41,066 nucleotides of DNA from Octopus bimaculoides (Eukaryota), in assembly GCF_001194135.2 (NCBI RefSeq), contig NC_068996.1, positions 31,681,770 through 31,722,835 on the forward strand, given 5' to 3'. The translations under genes and the position numbers were made by a program. The notes under the pieces are model-generated. The model saw only the letters and a program-made list of their open reading frames with translations. It did not search any database and was not told the DNA's origin. Below are positions 12,221 to 23,869 of this stretch, in pieces. Every line of letters starts with the position of its first letter. Positions within the stretch are counted from its first letter, which is position 1.

Positions 12221-13430
12221 CACTGGTCAACAGGCAATTTTCATCAGGGATATTATATGGTGTCTTATATGTAGTTTTGTCTGCAGATTTCAAAAATGTA
12301 ATCGGTTTCCTTCTATCAGGCACAGTTTTTCTGATGAGATAAGAGAGGTATATAACACCCATATGCAATAACGCTACACGTAAATGTCTTATACAGGTAA
12401 ATTCTGATTTCTGTTTTATAACAATTTTTATTCATTTTGTAATTTTATGTTTTCATAATCTTTTCTTTTCATAAATTTTACTTTCTACTCAGGATGTGAA
12501 GGCATTGCAAGAACAATCCTGATATATTTTGTCAGGTCTGTGGTTCATTTACCACCAAAGCTCAGAAACGTGCCATCACAAGTGAAATCAAGAAGATCTA
12601 CCAGTTATACTTTGGCTGCTCTCTTAGGGATTAAAATAAGAGTTGGGCCCCGTACATCATCTGCTCAGCTTGTTCATATGGACTAAGGGATTGGCTAAAT
12701 AAGAGGAAGAGAGCAATGCCATTTGCAATAGCTATGATATGGAGAGAGCCAAAGGATCATTTCATGGACTATTATCTCTGCAACGTTAATGTATGTGAGT
12801 TTACTGTAAAGACCAAGCATAAGATTGTGTATCCCAACTTGGAATCAGCAAGAAGACCAGTACCACACAACGACGATGATCTTCCTATTCCAATACTACC
12901 AGAAAATGGCCTTCAGATGTCTGACGAAGATGTATTTCCTGAAGAAAATACTACTGCTGTGGAAGACACCAAAGTGGATGAAAATTTCACGATTGAAAAT
13001 GAAGACGTACCACAGCAATGTCTGATGAGCAAGGGGAATGCTTTCATCAAGACATTGCATCGATGGATCAACGATATCAAGGATATTGGATTGCAGGAAT
13101 GTTAGCTGTTGGATGAACTTGAGACAAGACACCATAGAAAGTCCAAATCCCAAAGATTTCAAGTTGTTATGTACTGTAACTTATTTGTACACAATAATTT
13201 TAATTTTATGCAATAAAAAGCCATGAAATTATCGAATCTTGTATTCAATATACTTTATATAGACATGCTTTACGTATCCTATAAGTTAAAACAGCAGGTA
13301 TCATTAACATGGAAATGTGACCTGATAGAGGAAATCGGATTTCGGATTCGTAATTAGCATCAAAAATTAACCCAGAAAAGTCAATTAGCAACTCTGATGA
13401 TTAAAACAAATTTTATTTTGTTGACCAGTG
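12221..13430 (+). mobile_element. Chapaev3-like (CMC superfamily) DNA transposon, internal-deletion derivative, 1210 bp
   Basis: Perfect 12-bp TIRs (CACTGGTCAACA at 12221-12232, TGTTGACCAGTG at 13419-13430) and a TAA duplication at 12218-12220/13431-13433. Contains transposase N- and C-terminal motifs. Confidence 0.85.
12494..13165 (+). pseudogene. Chapaev3-like transposase, N- and C-terminal fragments only
   Basis: M*RHCKNNPDIFCQVCGSF..YFGCSLRD*NKSWAPYIICSAC..MPFAIAMIWREPKDH..YPNLESARRPVPH. From 13015, in another frame: AMSDEQGECFHQDIASMDQRYQGYW. The central catalytic region is missing. Confidence 0.8.
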
Positions 13431-13433
13431 TAA

Positions 13434-15668
13434 TAGATGGTGGCACGGCCTCAAAAGAGCCATCCCTTTGAAGTCCATTAGATTTAGCAAGCAGCTAAGT
13501 TTAGATAGCACTAGAATAGAGGGCGATTTAGTAAAGAACTTAGACGAGGCGATGGAATCTGGCTCTGCATCTAGAGTGCAAACGGCGAGAACGATCTTGT
13601 ATGTCACCTCAACGCCAAGCACGAAGGTTGCAGAGTTAGAGCTAAGCTACATGCAGGGAAACGAGAAGGTGTTAACGTTGCCGGATGCGCACGTCGTGTG
13701 GACAGTTAGAGAGGTAAAAAGGCCTCTATAAAGTTGTTAACGGACGAACAGGGGCGCAAGATCTATGGACAGGAGGAGATGCAGAAAGTCTTTCATCAAC
13801 ATTTCGCCCTGACGTTCGGGTAGGGCGGTTTGCTTGAGCGTGGGAAGGCCTTAAAGGACGTCCTAGCTGGTGGGCCGCGACACTCGGCACGTGAGGCTGG
13901 ATGCTGTGAAGGACCGATCACTCCCGCGGAGGTAAGAGAGTTGTTGGTCGAGTGCGCTAGGGAAAAGTCGCCGGGGCTGGATGGTCTGTCCTATGAGTTT
14001 TATCGTTCTATGCCGGACTTGTTCGGAGATATACTGGCTAGCGTCTATGGAAATTAGCCGGTAAAGGAGGGGCATTGGTCCATTTAGACCAAAGTAAAGC
14101 GTTTGATAGGGTAGACCATCGGTACCTGGAGGTGGTCCTCGAAGCGGCTGGGATGGGCCCTGGCTTTCGCGGGTGGACCTCCACTATGTACAGCGGCATC
14201 AAGTCCACAGTTCAGATAAACGGTTACCTGACGGAGCCGTTTTCGATCGAGCGCTTAGTTCGTCAAGAGTGTCCCTTGTCTCCGCTTTTGTACGTGTTGG
14301 CTCAAGAGCCATTGGTGTGCAAGTTGGAAAAGTTGGGAGGCAACCCTAATGAAATCGGATGCAGTAAGTCTGTTTCGGTTTATGCGTATGGCGTCACCTT
14401 CATCGTTTCCAACGAAGCACAGCTACCTCGTGTAGATGCTCTCAGAGGATACGAAGCGGTGACAGGAGCAAAAGTTAACAAGGACAGGTCCATCGGCTTG
14501 CGCCTCGGCACCTGGAGGAATAAGTCGATATATCGTCCAGTGTCGTAGGGCACTGGACAAATGGTCCTGTTATGTTGCTTGGAGTTTGGTTTGGCTCGGA
14601 CTCTCAGATGGAGAAGAATTGGAGCGAGGTGGCGGACAAGGTAGAGCCCATAGCACGGAAGTGGTCCTTGAAACGAAGGGCGGAGGTGGTAAGGTGTTCA
14701 TGGCATCTGTAATCATCTACCACCTGTCCAATGTGCCCTGTCCCGATTCGTGGCAAAGCAAGTTGGAACGACTCCTTTTCCGTTTTTTGTGGAAGGGAGC
14801 AAAGCCACTTTTAAGGCGCTCTTTGCTGCTAGGAACCGTTAAAGGGCAGGCTGGGAATGCCTTGGCTAATAATGCGCAGACATGCGTTGAGGCTGAGACA
14901 TCTCTGGTGCCACCTGGAGGGTGATAAGGTGTGGAGTCCGCTGGCAGAAGAATTCTTCCCGCGACCGGCCTCAATGGAGAGATTTAAACCCGGTTTCATA
15001 AAAAAACGGAATCTGACTTTATGGCAGAAGGAGTGCTGACAGACACTCTGGCTGATCCACAAGACGGGCAAGGCCAGCAGCGGGAATACCACCTCGGTGT
15101 TCTATAGAGAGCTGGTAGAGGTAAAAATTGATGACGTCCTAGGAGGGGCTCTGGGGTTCGACGAGAACCAACTTGCCAACCTGTTTAAAAAAGCTTTCAG
15201 GCCGGGGTACTTGGACAACTACCAAAAATCCCTGACCTGGCAGTGTTACAGGAACACTTTACCTGTTCGTGATAAGTTATCTAGGCACGGAATGTCAGTG
15301 CCACCAACGTGTCCAAGAAGTGGGCTGGACGACGAAACCGTCCAGCACGTTTTTGTACAATGTCGCATCTGGGACAAGTACAGCTGTCGGCTGGATCTAT
15401 AATAAAGACGATACCGCTAACTGGACTCTCAAAGGAAGGCGAGACTTGTTTTTACTGTACGGCGGCAGTACTGAAAGAGCGTGTTTGGAGAACTAGAATG
15501 AAAGGTTTCGTGACAGGGTCCTACGTCTCTGGCCCCGGCTTGTTAACTTACTTCAGATACCATCTGAAGAGCGAGATGGAGTTGGAGAGGAAGATCCTGC
15601 CACTGAGAGAGTATGAGAAACGTTGGAAGAAGGTGATGAGAAAGGTGGGTGTCAGTAACCCAACTTAA
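13434..15668 (+). pseudogene. Tx1 ORF2 linker, RT and C-terminal zinc finger, with many stops and frameshifts
   Basis: EKSPGLDGLSYEFY; LDQSKAFDRVDH; VRQECPLSPLLY; SVYAYGV (decayed YADD); GAKVNKDRS; LLFRFLWKG; TCPRSGLDDETVQHVFVQC. RT subdomains 1-2 are deleted near 14058. Confidence 0.92.
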
Positions 15669-15913
15669 TCATCGATGAAAGGAAAAAGTTAATTGCTGGG
15701 CCTTATAGTCTGCCGGGTAATGAAATTTGAACCTTCTTTTATTTCTTTTATTTTGTTTTTTAAAAAAAGAACATTTTAAAAGTAAAGTTAATCATATATA
15801 TCATAATTAAATTTTTAAACGTAAATTCGAACTCATTGTAACATTTTTGTAATTGTTTTGTCCTGTAATGTCCCATCTGTGTACTGATTGTTATAATCAT
15901 AATAAAGAATTCA

Positions 15914-17240
15914 CTTCCACCACACACATCTTCAGTAACCTGTCTCCATCCTCCTTCAAACGAACTCATAACCTGCGTGACCTCATGTTTCACAGTTTCT
16001 TTTCTACCCCCGCCTCCCAGCCTGGCTTCTTCCCCTGCTCCCGCCAAGGCTGTCACACCTTCCCGTACCTCTCCAACATCAACATCCTCACGGGCATCAT
16101 CACAGTCCCTATCACGTTACTGACTCCTTTACCCGTACCTCTAGTAATATTAATTAGTACATCTTCTGCTTTCTCTGTCCTTCCCTGTACATTGGTCAAA
16201 CGAGACGCTGCTTGACTGATCGGTTCGCAGAGCACCTCCAAGACATCAGACTCGGCAATGACACCTCGGTCTCGCACCACTTCCGCTCTATCGGTCATTC
16301 ACTACAGCATCTGTCTGTGTTTGGATTGTCTCTGCACAGGGGCCACTCGGACTCCCGCCTTCACCATGAACAAGAAATAATCTTCTCTCTTCGTTTTTTT
16401 TTGGGCCACGTGGGCTCAACTTACCTTCTCTGTTCCTTTGAAACCAACCCCATACAGATTCTCACTCACCTCCCACATCTAACTGCCTCTTTCCACTTAC
16501 ACACCTGCATACCGCCCACCCGGTATCTTCACCCACACACACTAGCACTCACCACTTCTCAGTAACCACACCACACACTGTCATCCACACACCCACACAC
16601 AGTCTCCAATACCGTCACCACACATACCACTATATGAGCAGACATACACTATTTAACTCAGTACATACACACCACACGCCATCAGGCACACACTCTCATA
16701 CCAACACAAGCACATAATACATGAACACAGACAATATATACATACAAACGCAACACACATAGACAAAGATAACTTTCGACCACATACATACACTATACAC
16801 ATGCACACTATTTGGTCACAGACACACACACACACACGCACACACACACACACGTACACACACACACACAAACATGAGTGTGAAAAAGTGCACGTCAATG
16901 CTACACACAACACACGTACACACACACGTTACACACGCGCCCACACACACACGCGTCAAAGTCACTCGTCCCCAGTCAAACATACGCAATTACACACACA
17001 ATTCTCACATTCACACGCACACTTTCGCATCTCAGCATGTTGGGATCACCCTTTCATTCAACGTGTCTTTGTTATTACATCCCTTTCATTTAACCTCTCT
17101 TTGTTATTATCTCCCTTTCATTCTACCTCTTTTTTTCCCAATCATTCGCCATGTTGGACTGCCGAACCCTAGATGTTTTGTCTTTTTCTCTATTTATTGC
17201 TTATTCCTTTCTGTCAAAGAGCGTAGTTTCGAAATACACA
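15914..17240 (+). mobile_element. Penelope-like element, 3' part: end of thumb, Cys linker, GIY-YIG endonuclease, 3' UTR and terminal repeat
   Basis: THIFSNLSPSSFKRTHNLRDLMFHS; PGFFPCSRQGCHT; IFCFLCPSLYIGQTRRCLTDRFAEHLQDI..VSHHF..HEQEIIFSL; CA-rich UTR; terminal repeat homologous to 9690-10165. Confidence 0.88.
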
Positions 17241-17290
17241 TCGATACATAGATACATAGATACATAGATACATATATATGTATATATATA

Positions 17291-17818
17291 NNNNNNNNNN
17301 NNNNNNNNNNNNNNNNNNNNNNNNNNNNNNNNNNNNNNNNNNNNNNNNNNNNNNNNNNNNNNNNNNNNNNNNNNNNNNNNNNNNNNNNNNNNNNNNNNNN
17401 NNNNNNNNNNNNNNNNNNNNNNNNNNNNNNNNNNNNNNNNNNNNNNNNNNNNNNNNNNNNNNNNNNNNNNNNNNNNNNNNNNNNNNNNNNNNNNNNNNNN
17501 NNNNNNNNNNNNNNNNNNNNNNNNNNNNNNNNNNNNNNNNNNNNNNNNNNNNNNNNNNNNNNNNNNNNNNNNNNNNNNNNNNNNNNNNNNNNNNNNNNNN
17601 NNNNNNNNNNNNNNNNNNNNNNNNNNNNNNNNNNNNNNNNNNNNNNNNNNNNNNNNNNNNNNNNNNNNNNNNNNNNNNNNNNNNNNNNNNNNNNNNNNNN
17701 NNNNNNNNNNNNNNNNNNNNNNNNNNNNNNNNNNNNNNNNNNNNNNNNNNNNNNNNNNNNNNNNNNNNNNNNNNNNNNNNNNNNNNNNNNNNNNNNNNNN
17801 NNNNNNNNNNNNNNNNNN
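17291..17818. other. Assembly gap
   Basis: N run. Confidence 0.99.
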
Positions 17819-18299
17819 CTGCTGCTTGCGCTCATCTACTGCTTGTACCCTGGTCGAGAGATGTGATAAATATAAACCAAATAGACCTTAAATCACTCAC
17901 CCCTCAACCAATTATTTTTTCTTTTTTTTTGTTTGGTTTTTGCATAATCGTATGAATTTCTGAGTGTAGAATATAAATTCGCAAACATTTTTGAAAAAAA
18001 AAAAAAAGTTATGAGGAATAAAATGGGTTATATGTCGTGCGTAAAGCAGAAGTTGATTTATTAAGAGATTCATATTAAAGCACGTCACGCACAAAAAACC
18101 AAAAAAGAAAAAAAAAAACAGCTTCTAAATCCTGTTTTCTTACTGGGTAAATTTTTTTCTGAAAAAAGTGAAATGTCTCCTGTGATCCAGCTTCGAAAAC
18201 TACGTTAATGTACCATATTTTCGAAAATTGGTGGCTAAACTGAAAGGATCTCATCGCTCCGTGCGTTTCTACAAATCACATGTTTTCTTGAGATCACAG

Positions 18300-19550
18300 T
18301 CCGCATGCTTGGAATGATTACAGTGTAGTCCGTAGTATCCGTGGGCATTGGGTAGATCACCTTCATAAATTCATTTCTTCAGGTGATATAACATTAATGG
18401 TTGTTTACCTGAAGGTTGTTTATCCTTTTTGACCAGTGAGAAGTTTGATCGAGTTATGTGGCTATTTCTGTGCGTATTTGGTGGAGAGTGGAAGGTGATG
18501 GAAAGAGAGGAAGGAATGGTGATTATATGAGGATGGAAGTGTTGGTGGTGCTCTTGGACTTATTTTGCTATCCAGTCTGCAGATGGCAAGAATGAGTAGT
18601 ACATCCCTTTGTTCGATCTCATTTAAGGTATGACTATCTTCAATGGAGTCTGAAGCAGACAGGTCAGCAGGTATAGCCACTACAGCCATCAGCTTTTGAG
18701 GTTCGTTATCTGAACTGACAAATGATATATTCTTATGGTGATATTTTAATTATTTCTGGTGGTACAGAGGTGTAGTGAATAACATCCTAAATAATGGCCT
18801 GTTTGTTTAATTATTTGTGTTCCTTCTTTGTTCTATAATATGCTGATGATGGGTGATGTTATTCCGTTTCAAAAAAATTCTTTCGAATTCCAGAAAACAT
18901 GTTTTGCTTTCGGAGTGTCCATTAATCACGTTTCCCTAGATGTGGTGACTTCGAGAGTTTCTTCTAGAACCCGTAATGTTCCGTTGTATGGTGCAGCATT
19001 TCTTATAGTAGACTAGTGAGTTGTATGCTCCACTCGATTCTGTTTGAGACTCCAGACGAGGTTCGATAGTGATGTGAAACGCTTTTGTTTATATTGGAAA
19101 ATGATGTAAGATGGTTACGCAGACGATTTTTCATGGTGTTTCCGGTGCTACCAGTGAACACGTATTTCTGCGTACCCACCTTCACCTCACATTTGTACAC
19201 TACATTCTTTATCATGCAGTTGTTGCTAAACCTGCATTCTTCTTTAGGTCTGGAGTTACATGTGATATTATTTTTTCCGTTCTCCCAGCGGAGTTACTAT
19301 TGGTGATCCCCCTTACTCTTCTTCCTGTAACCGGGTACTCATTTTCCATATGTATGGATTGAACTGTCAATCGTGTGGTGTTGTTTGGATCCATTTTTGC
19401 TATTGATGAGCTTTTATTACCCCTACTTGCAACCATTCCATCGTAGTATACTGTACTATGATCTACGGTTGCTCCGTATTTCCCCACCAGTTTTATTCTA
19501 TTTAGTTTTGTGTTATTTAGTCTGTGTATTCTAGATTGTGAGAGTCGCGT
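18300..19550 (-). mobile_element. Second Penelope-like remnant with a different GIY-YIG subtype
   Basis: Minus strand 19270-19003 reads NITCNSRPKEECRFSNNCMIKNVVYKCEVKVGTQKYVFTGSTGNTMKNRLRNHLTSF, i.e. a Cys linker followed by a GIY-YIG signature. The boundaries, especially 18300-18830, are approximate. Confidence 0.7.
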
Positions 19551-19555
19551 ATACT

Positions 19556-19760
19556 CTTTTACTCTTTTACCTGTTTCAATCATTTGACTGCGGCCACGCT
19601 GGAGCACCGCCTTTAGTCGAACAAATCGACCCCAGGACTTATTCTATGTAAGCCTAGTACTTATTCTATCGGTCATTTTTGCCGAACAGCTAATTTACGG
19701 GGACGTAAATACACTAGCACCGGTTGTCAAGCGATGGCGCGAAGGGGACTGGACACGGAA
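19556..19760 (-). mobile_element. Family 1 SINE, 3' half
   Basis: Reverse complement of the GATAGAATAAGTACTAGG..CTGGGGTCGATTTGTTCGACTAAAGGCGGTGCTCCAGC..AAAAGAGTA tail. Confidence 0.85.
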
Positions 19761-19814
19761 CTCCGAGTTGCGTGTCAGTACAATATCATAGCTTATTCGA
19801 GACCAATTCCATGC

Positions 19815-19942
19815 AGTGTGTGTATGTATGTATGTATGTATGTATGTATGTATAAATGTATGTATGTATGTATGTATGTATGTATGTATGTATATATGTA
19901 TGTATCTATGTATGTATGCATATATGTTCGTGCGTGTGCGTA

Positions 19943-20030
<88 letters not shown>

Positions 20031-20040
20031 TGTGTGTGTA
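19815..20040. repeat. (TATG)n(TG)n microsatellite
   Basis: Direct reading. Confidence 0.95.
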
Positions 20041-20410
20041 TAAACACATACTTATACGGCGTCCAGAACTTTTGTTGCTTGTGTTTATCATCCACTTCAC
20101 TTTGTCGAAAGGAACATTACATTTTCGTAAAAATATAAGTCAATTGTGAAAAAACTGGGTGCCTCTGTATTAATTTTTATCTTATCTAAATAACCAGATA
20201 AATTAATTTAGCATAGGTTAAGACATAAACCTGCAGCATAACTACATTCAGTAATGCAACTTATTCCTGAATTTTCCATAAAACTGTTGATAATTTTGCT
20301 CCTTAAGCAACTCCCTAACTTCAATGTTTCACAGTCCTGAAAAAACAATGAACAAATAATAAGAGTCTGTGTAATCAATCTTTCTCCTGTTGCAATATAT
20401 GTAAAATACT

Positions 20411-20622
20411 GACTTCAAATTTTTGCACAAGGCCAGTAATTACTGGGGAGTGAGTAAATCGATTACATCAACCCTAGTGCTCAACTGGTACTTATTTTAT
20501 TGACCGCGACATAGTGAAAGGCAAAATCGACATCGGCGGAATTTGAACTCCGAACGTGAAGACGGATAAATGCCTCTAAATTTTTGTCCGGCGTACTTAA
20601 CGATTCTCCAGCTCACCGCCCT
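20411..20622 (-). mobile_element. SINE family 2, full-length, with a 17-bp target-site duplication
   Basis: Head GGCGGTGAGCTGGAGAATCGTTAAG..GAGTTCAAATTCCGCCG. Flanks are AATATATGTAAAATACT (20394-20410) and AATATGTGTAAAATACT (20623-20639), 16/17 identical. Confidence 0.85.
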
Positions 20623-20704
20623 AATATGTGTAAAATACTAGATAACAACAACAACAACAGCAACAATAAACAATATTATGACAAAGTCGTTAATATATTT
20701 CATT

Positions 20705-20836
20705 AAATTCCGCCGACCTCGACTTTGCTTTTCATCCTTTCGATTCGATAAATTAAGTACTAGTTGCGTACTGAGGTCAATCTAATCGGTTGCCCCCACC
20801 CTAAAATTTCGGGCTTTGTGCCTAGATTAGAAAAGA
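20705..20836 (+). mobile_element. SINE family 2, 5'-truncated copy
   Basis: AAATTCCGCCGACCTCGACTTTGCTTTTCATCCTTTCG..TAAGTACTAGTTG matches the reverse complement of 20414-20545. Confidence 0.8.
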
Positions 20837-21449
20837 ATATATTTCGTTAAATATACATGCAGTATATATAAAACATTTGTTATGATTTAAAAAATTGTGC
20901 TATAAATTTAGCGAAACATTATAGTGATATATACTCAATTATTGTAATAAAAAATAAAATTATGCTACAAAATTTAGCAATGATTGGCGTATAAAAAAAC
21001 ATATTATGATACTGTATAATATTTAAATCTTTAAACGATATAAATTTCGTATATCATTTAAATTTGTTGTTGCATTACATACATAGCTATTTGACAATTA
21101 TACAACAATGGAAAGTTAGTGGAATAAGAACAACAAACAGCAAAATTATTAACTGAACTTCTTTTTCAAGGGTATATATATAAAAGTGAATTGAAATAAT
21201 CTATTATTCAGAACTGCTTGTAAATTCAAATGAATCGTTTAAAAGATACATGGAACGACAAAAACATAAAATTTGGTGTTGGTTAGCAATAGATATACAG
21301 TTATATATATGGCTTTCTCTCCCTTTCTTCTCTTTCTATATATCAAGTACAGGAATTAATCGTAACTCAAAGTGCTCAGTGCCATGTATTTATACAACAG
21401 ACCTTAAGAATAACATGCTAAATATTCTACAAACACACACTTGACACAA

Positions 21450-22372
21450 CTAGGGCCGTATCACTGCTCGGTTGATTAGCGTTCCAAGACTTACGGACAC
21501 ACTCTCATATCTGGCCTTCAGATTTGGTTGGACTCGTACTTTCACCACTCCACCAACCCCATCCAACAAGTCTCTCTACCTTACACCTAAAGCTCTTTCT
21601 CCACACTAACTACAAATTCTAATCCTTCATCTTTAAAGCATTGATCCTCTGGAAGCTCCTCCTAGCTTCTGACCTTGTTTATTGTGGACCAGCAATTGTT
21701 CAGATAGAATATTAATCAAATCAAACTTAACAGTCTCGGAAGGCTCCTTCTTCCAGACTCAGTAAGTATAACAACACTTACCATTTGTTCCTATAATTGT
21801 AGATCTTTGGTAGGGAGAATCAACCAGAAAGACCCATCCAATGCAAAAGAAAAACGAAAAATCAAAAGCAATGTGCTAGGGCTCTGAGAAAGCGTCGAAA
21901 GAAAGAAATGAACGTGAGATAGGCAGATGGAAGTGTCATGAAACTGGGAAAAGCGGAATGCACGAGAGCAACAGTTGGTATAGAGCTCATCATACGTAAA
22001 GAATAGGCTTCGAAAATTATTTCTTACCAATTGCCTTCATCCCACATAGGAGTGCTAAATATTCGTCTCTCAAGAAATGCCACCCTGAAGATCATCCAGA
22101 TCTATGCTTCCATGAATACGAGTGAAGACTACGAAGTGGAAGAATTCTACAAAGAGCTAGAGAAAGCACTAGCTCACAAATCTACTTACACCATAGTGGT
22201 TGGAAAAGAATGAGAGGAAGAGAAGTATGTTTGTAAATTAGTATCAGGAAAGGGAAACAAAAAAAGAGGAAGTTTGGTTATTATAGCAGAAACAGGATGA
22301 CCTTATATTGGGAACAGCCTATTCAGGAAGCAATCTAGAAGGAGATGGACCTGGATAACCAGCCCCAAACGT
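21450..22372 (+). mobile_element. RTE-like LINE 5' fragment: probable 5' UTR and decayed APE endonuclease
   Basis: From 21779: LTICSYNCRSL..NVLGL*E..IGVLNIRLSRNATLKIIQIYASMNTSEDYEVEEFYKELEKAL..YTIVVG..IGNSLFRKQSRRRWTW. Assignment of 21450-21778 as UTR is tentative. Confidence 0.75.
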
Positions 22373-22405
22373 TCAGCACACAAAGAAAAAATGAAATATA
22401 TACAT

Positions 22406-22437
<32 letters not shown>

Positions 22438-22574
22438 GTAGAGAGACAGGGGAGAGAGATATATAGTCACTGTTACCAACAAGAGATTCACATTCAAATT
22501 CTTGCTCTGTGTGACACCCTTTAATATATTAAATAAAAAGTGATATCAAGCTGTTGCGTTGCATGTTTTTTAAA

Positions 22575-22890
22575 ATTGATTCAGTCATTAGACGGCGTCC
22601 ATGATGAGGCACCGCCTTGAAGAATTTTAGTCGAGTGAATTGACTCCAGTACTTTATTTTTTGAAGCCTGGTGCTTATTCCATCTTTTCTTTTGCCGAAT
22701 CAGTAAATGGATGTATACATATGTACGTACGACAATCTTTTGCATACATTCTACTTTTTGAATTTCGATCATAATGCATTACCCAACTCGAGGCTTAGTT
22801 GAAAACATTTCCACAAGATGCTAGACAATATGATCAAACCCGAAACCATATGGTTGGAAATCGAACCTCTAAATCACATTGCCATCCCTC
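22575..22890 (-). mobile_element. Family 1 SINE, old degenerate copy
   Basis: Minus-strand head-like sequence at 22890-22790 and core/tail-like sequence at 22700-22575. Confidence 0.6.
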
Positions 22891-22989
22891 CGTTTATGTT
22901 CTCGTGCATATATGTGTGCATATGTGCGTATGGGTGTGTGTGTGTGTGTGTAGACACATACATATACATGTACATATATACATGCATGC

Positions 22990-23028
<39 letters not shown>

Positions 23029-23122
23029 CATGCATATATACATACATACATTCATATATATATATATGTATATACATTTGCTAGCGCATATATAAATACA
23101 TAAACACAGACAAAAATTCAAG

Positions 23123-23181
<59 letters not shown>

Positions 23182-23414
23182 ACATGTGGTTCTACTTTAG
23201 GAACGTGTATATATACATATATATATATATATAGACATACTCGCATGAATAACAGCTATCATGCATGGATGCATTATTAATTAGTTCTTGGTTTTAGGTG
23301 CACGAGTTAATTTATTATGAATATCACTTAAAGATTCAAATGGTATGAACAAAAATCGCCTAATAAATTAATGCTAGACAGCTATAAATGAACAATCTTG
23401 AATAACACAACAAC

Positions 23415-23453
23415 CACTATGATAATAACAATAACAATAATAGTAATGATGAT

Positions 23454-23540
<87 letters not shown>

Positions 23541-23565
23541 TGCAACAACAACAATAACAACAGCA
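23415..23565. repeat. (AAT)n/(AAC)n microsatellite
   Basis: Direct reading. Confidence 0.95.
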
Positions 23566-23869
23566 AGAAGAAGAACTCTTCAATATTTATCTAGCAATTG
23601 TTTTTATTTGTTATTGTATATGATCATTTTATTTATTATTCCGACGCATTCAACTGTGCAGTGGATGCACACTTTTGTGTCACTGTAACGCGTGTATGCA
23701 CTTTTGCTTCGGCCATTATTCCCATTATATTTTTTACATTATATTGTGGCGAGTGTCGGTTGGAGGTCTCGCTTACGAAAATAATCGTACATTGTGGAAG
23801 ATGAAGTATTCTATGGCATTTAAAGTGATGTAGCTGAATCTGTGATTAGGAAAATGGAGCGATGGGGTG

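Larger units (their letters stand above)
11186..15913 (+). mobile_element. L1/Tx1-clade non-LTR retrotransposon, 5'-truncated, internally deleted and interrupted at 12221-13430
   Basis: Domain order: ORF1-like remnant (11213-11490), APE endonuclease, RT, C-terminal zinc knuckle, 3' UTR with AATAAA at 15901. CTTCCACC flanks both ends (11178-11185 and 15914-15921). Visibly more GC-rich than the surrounding DNA. Confidence 0.9.
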
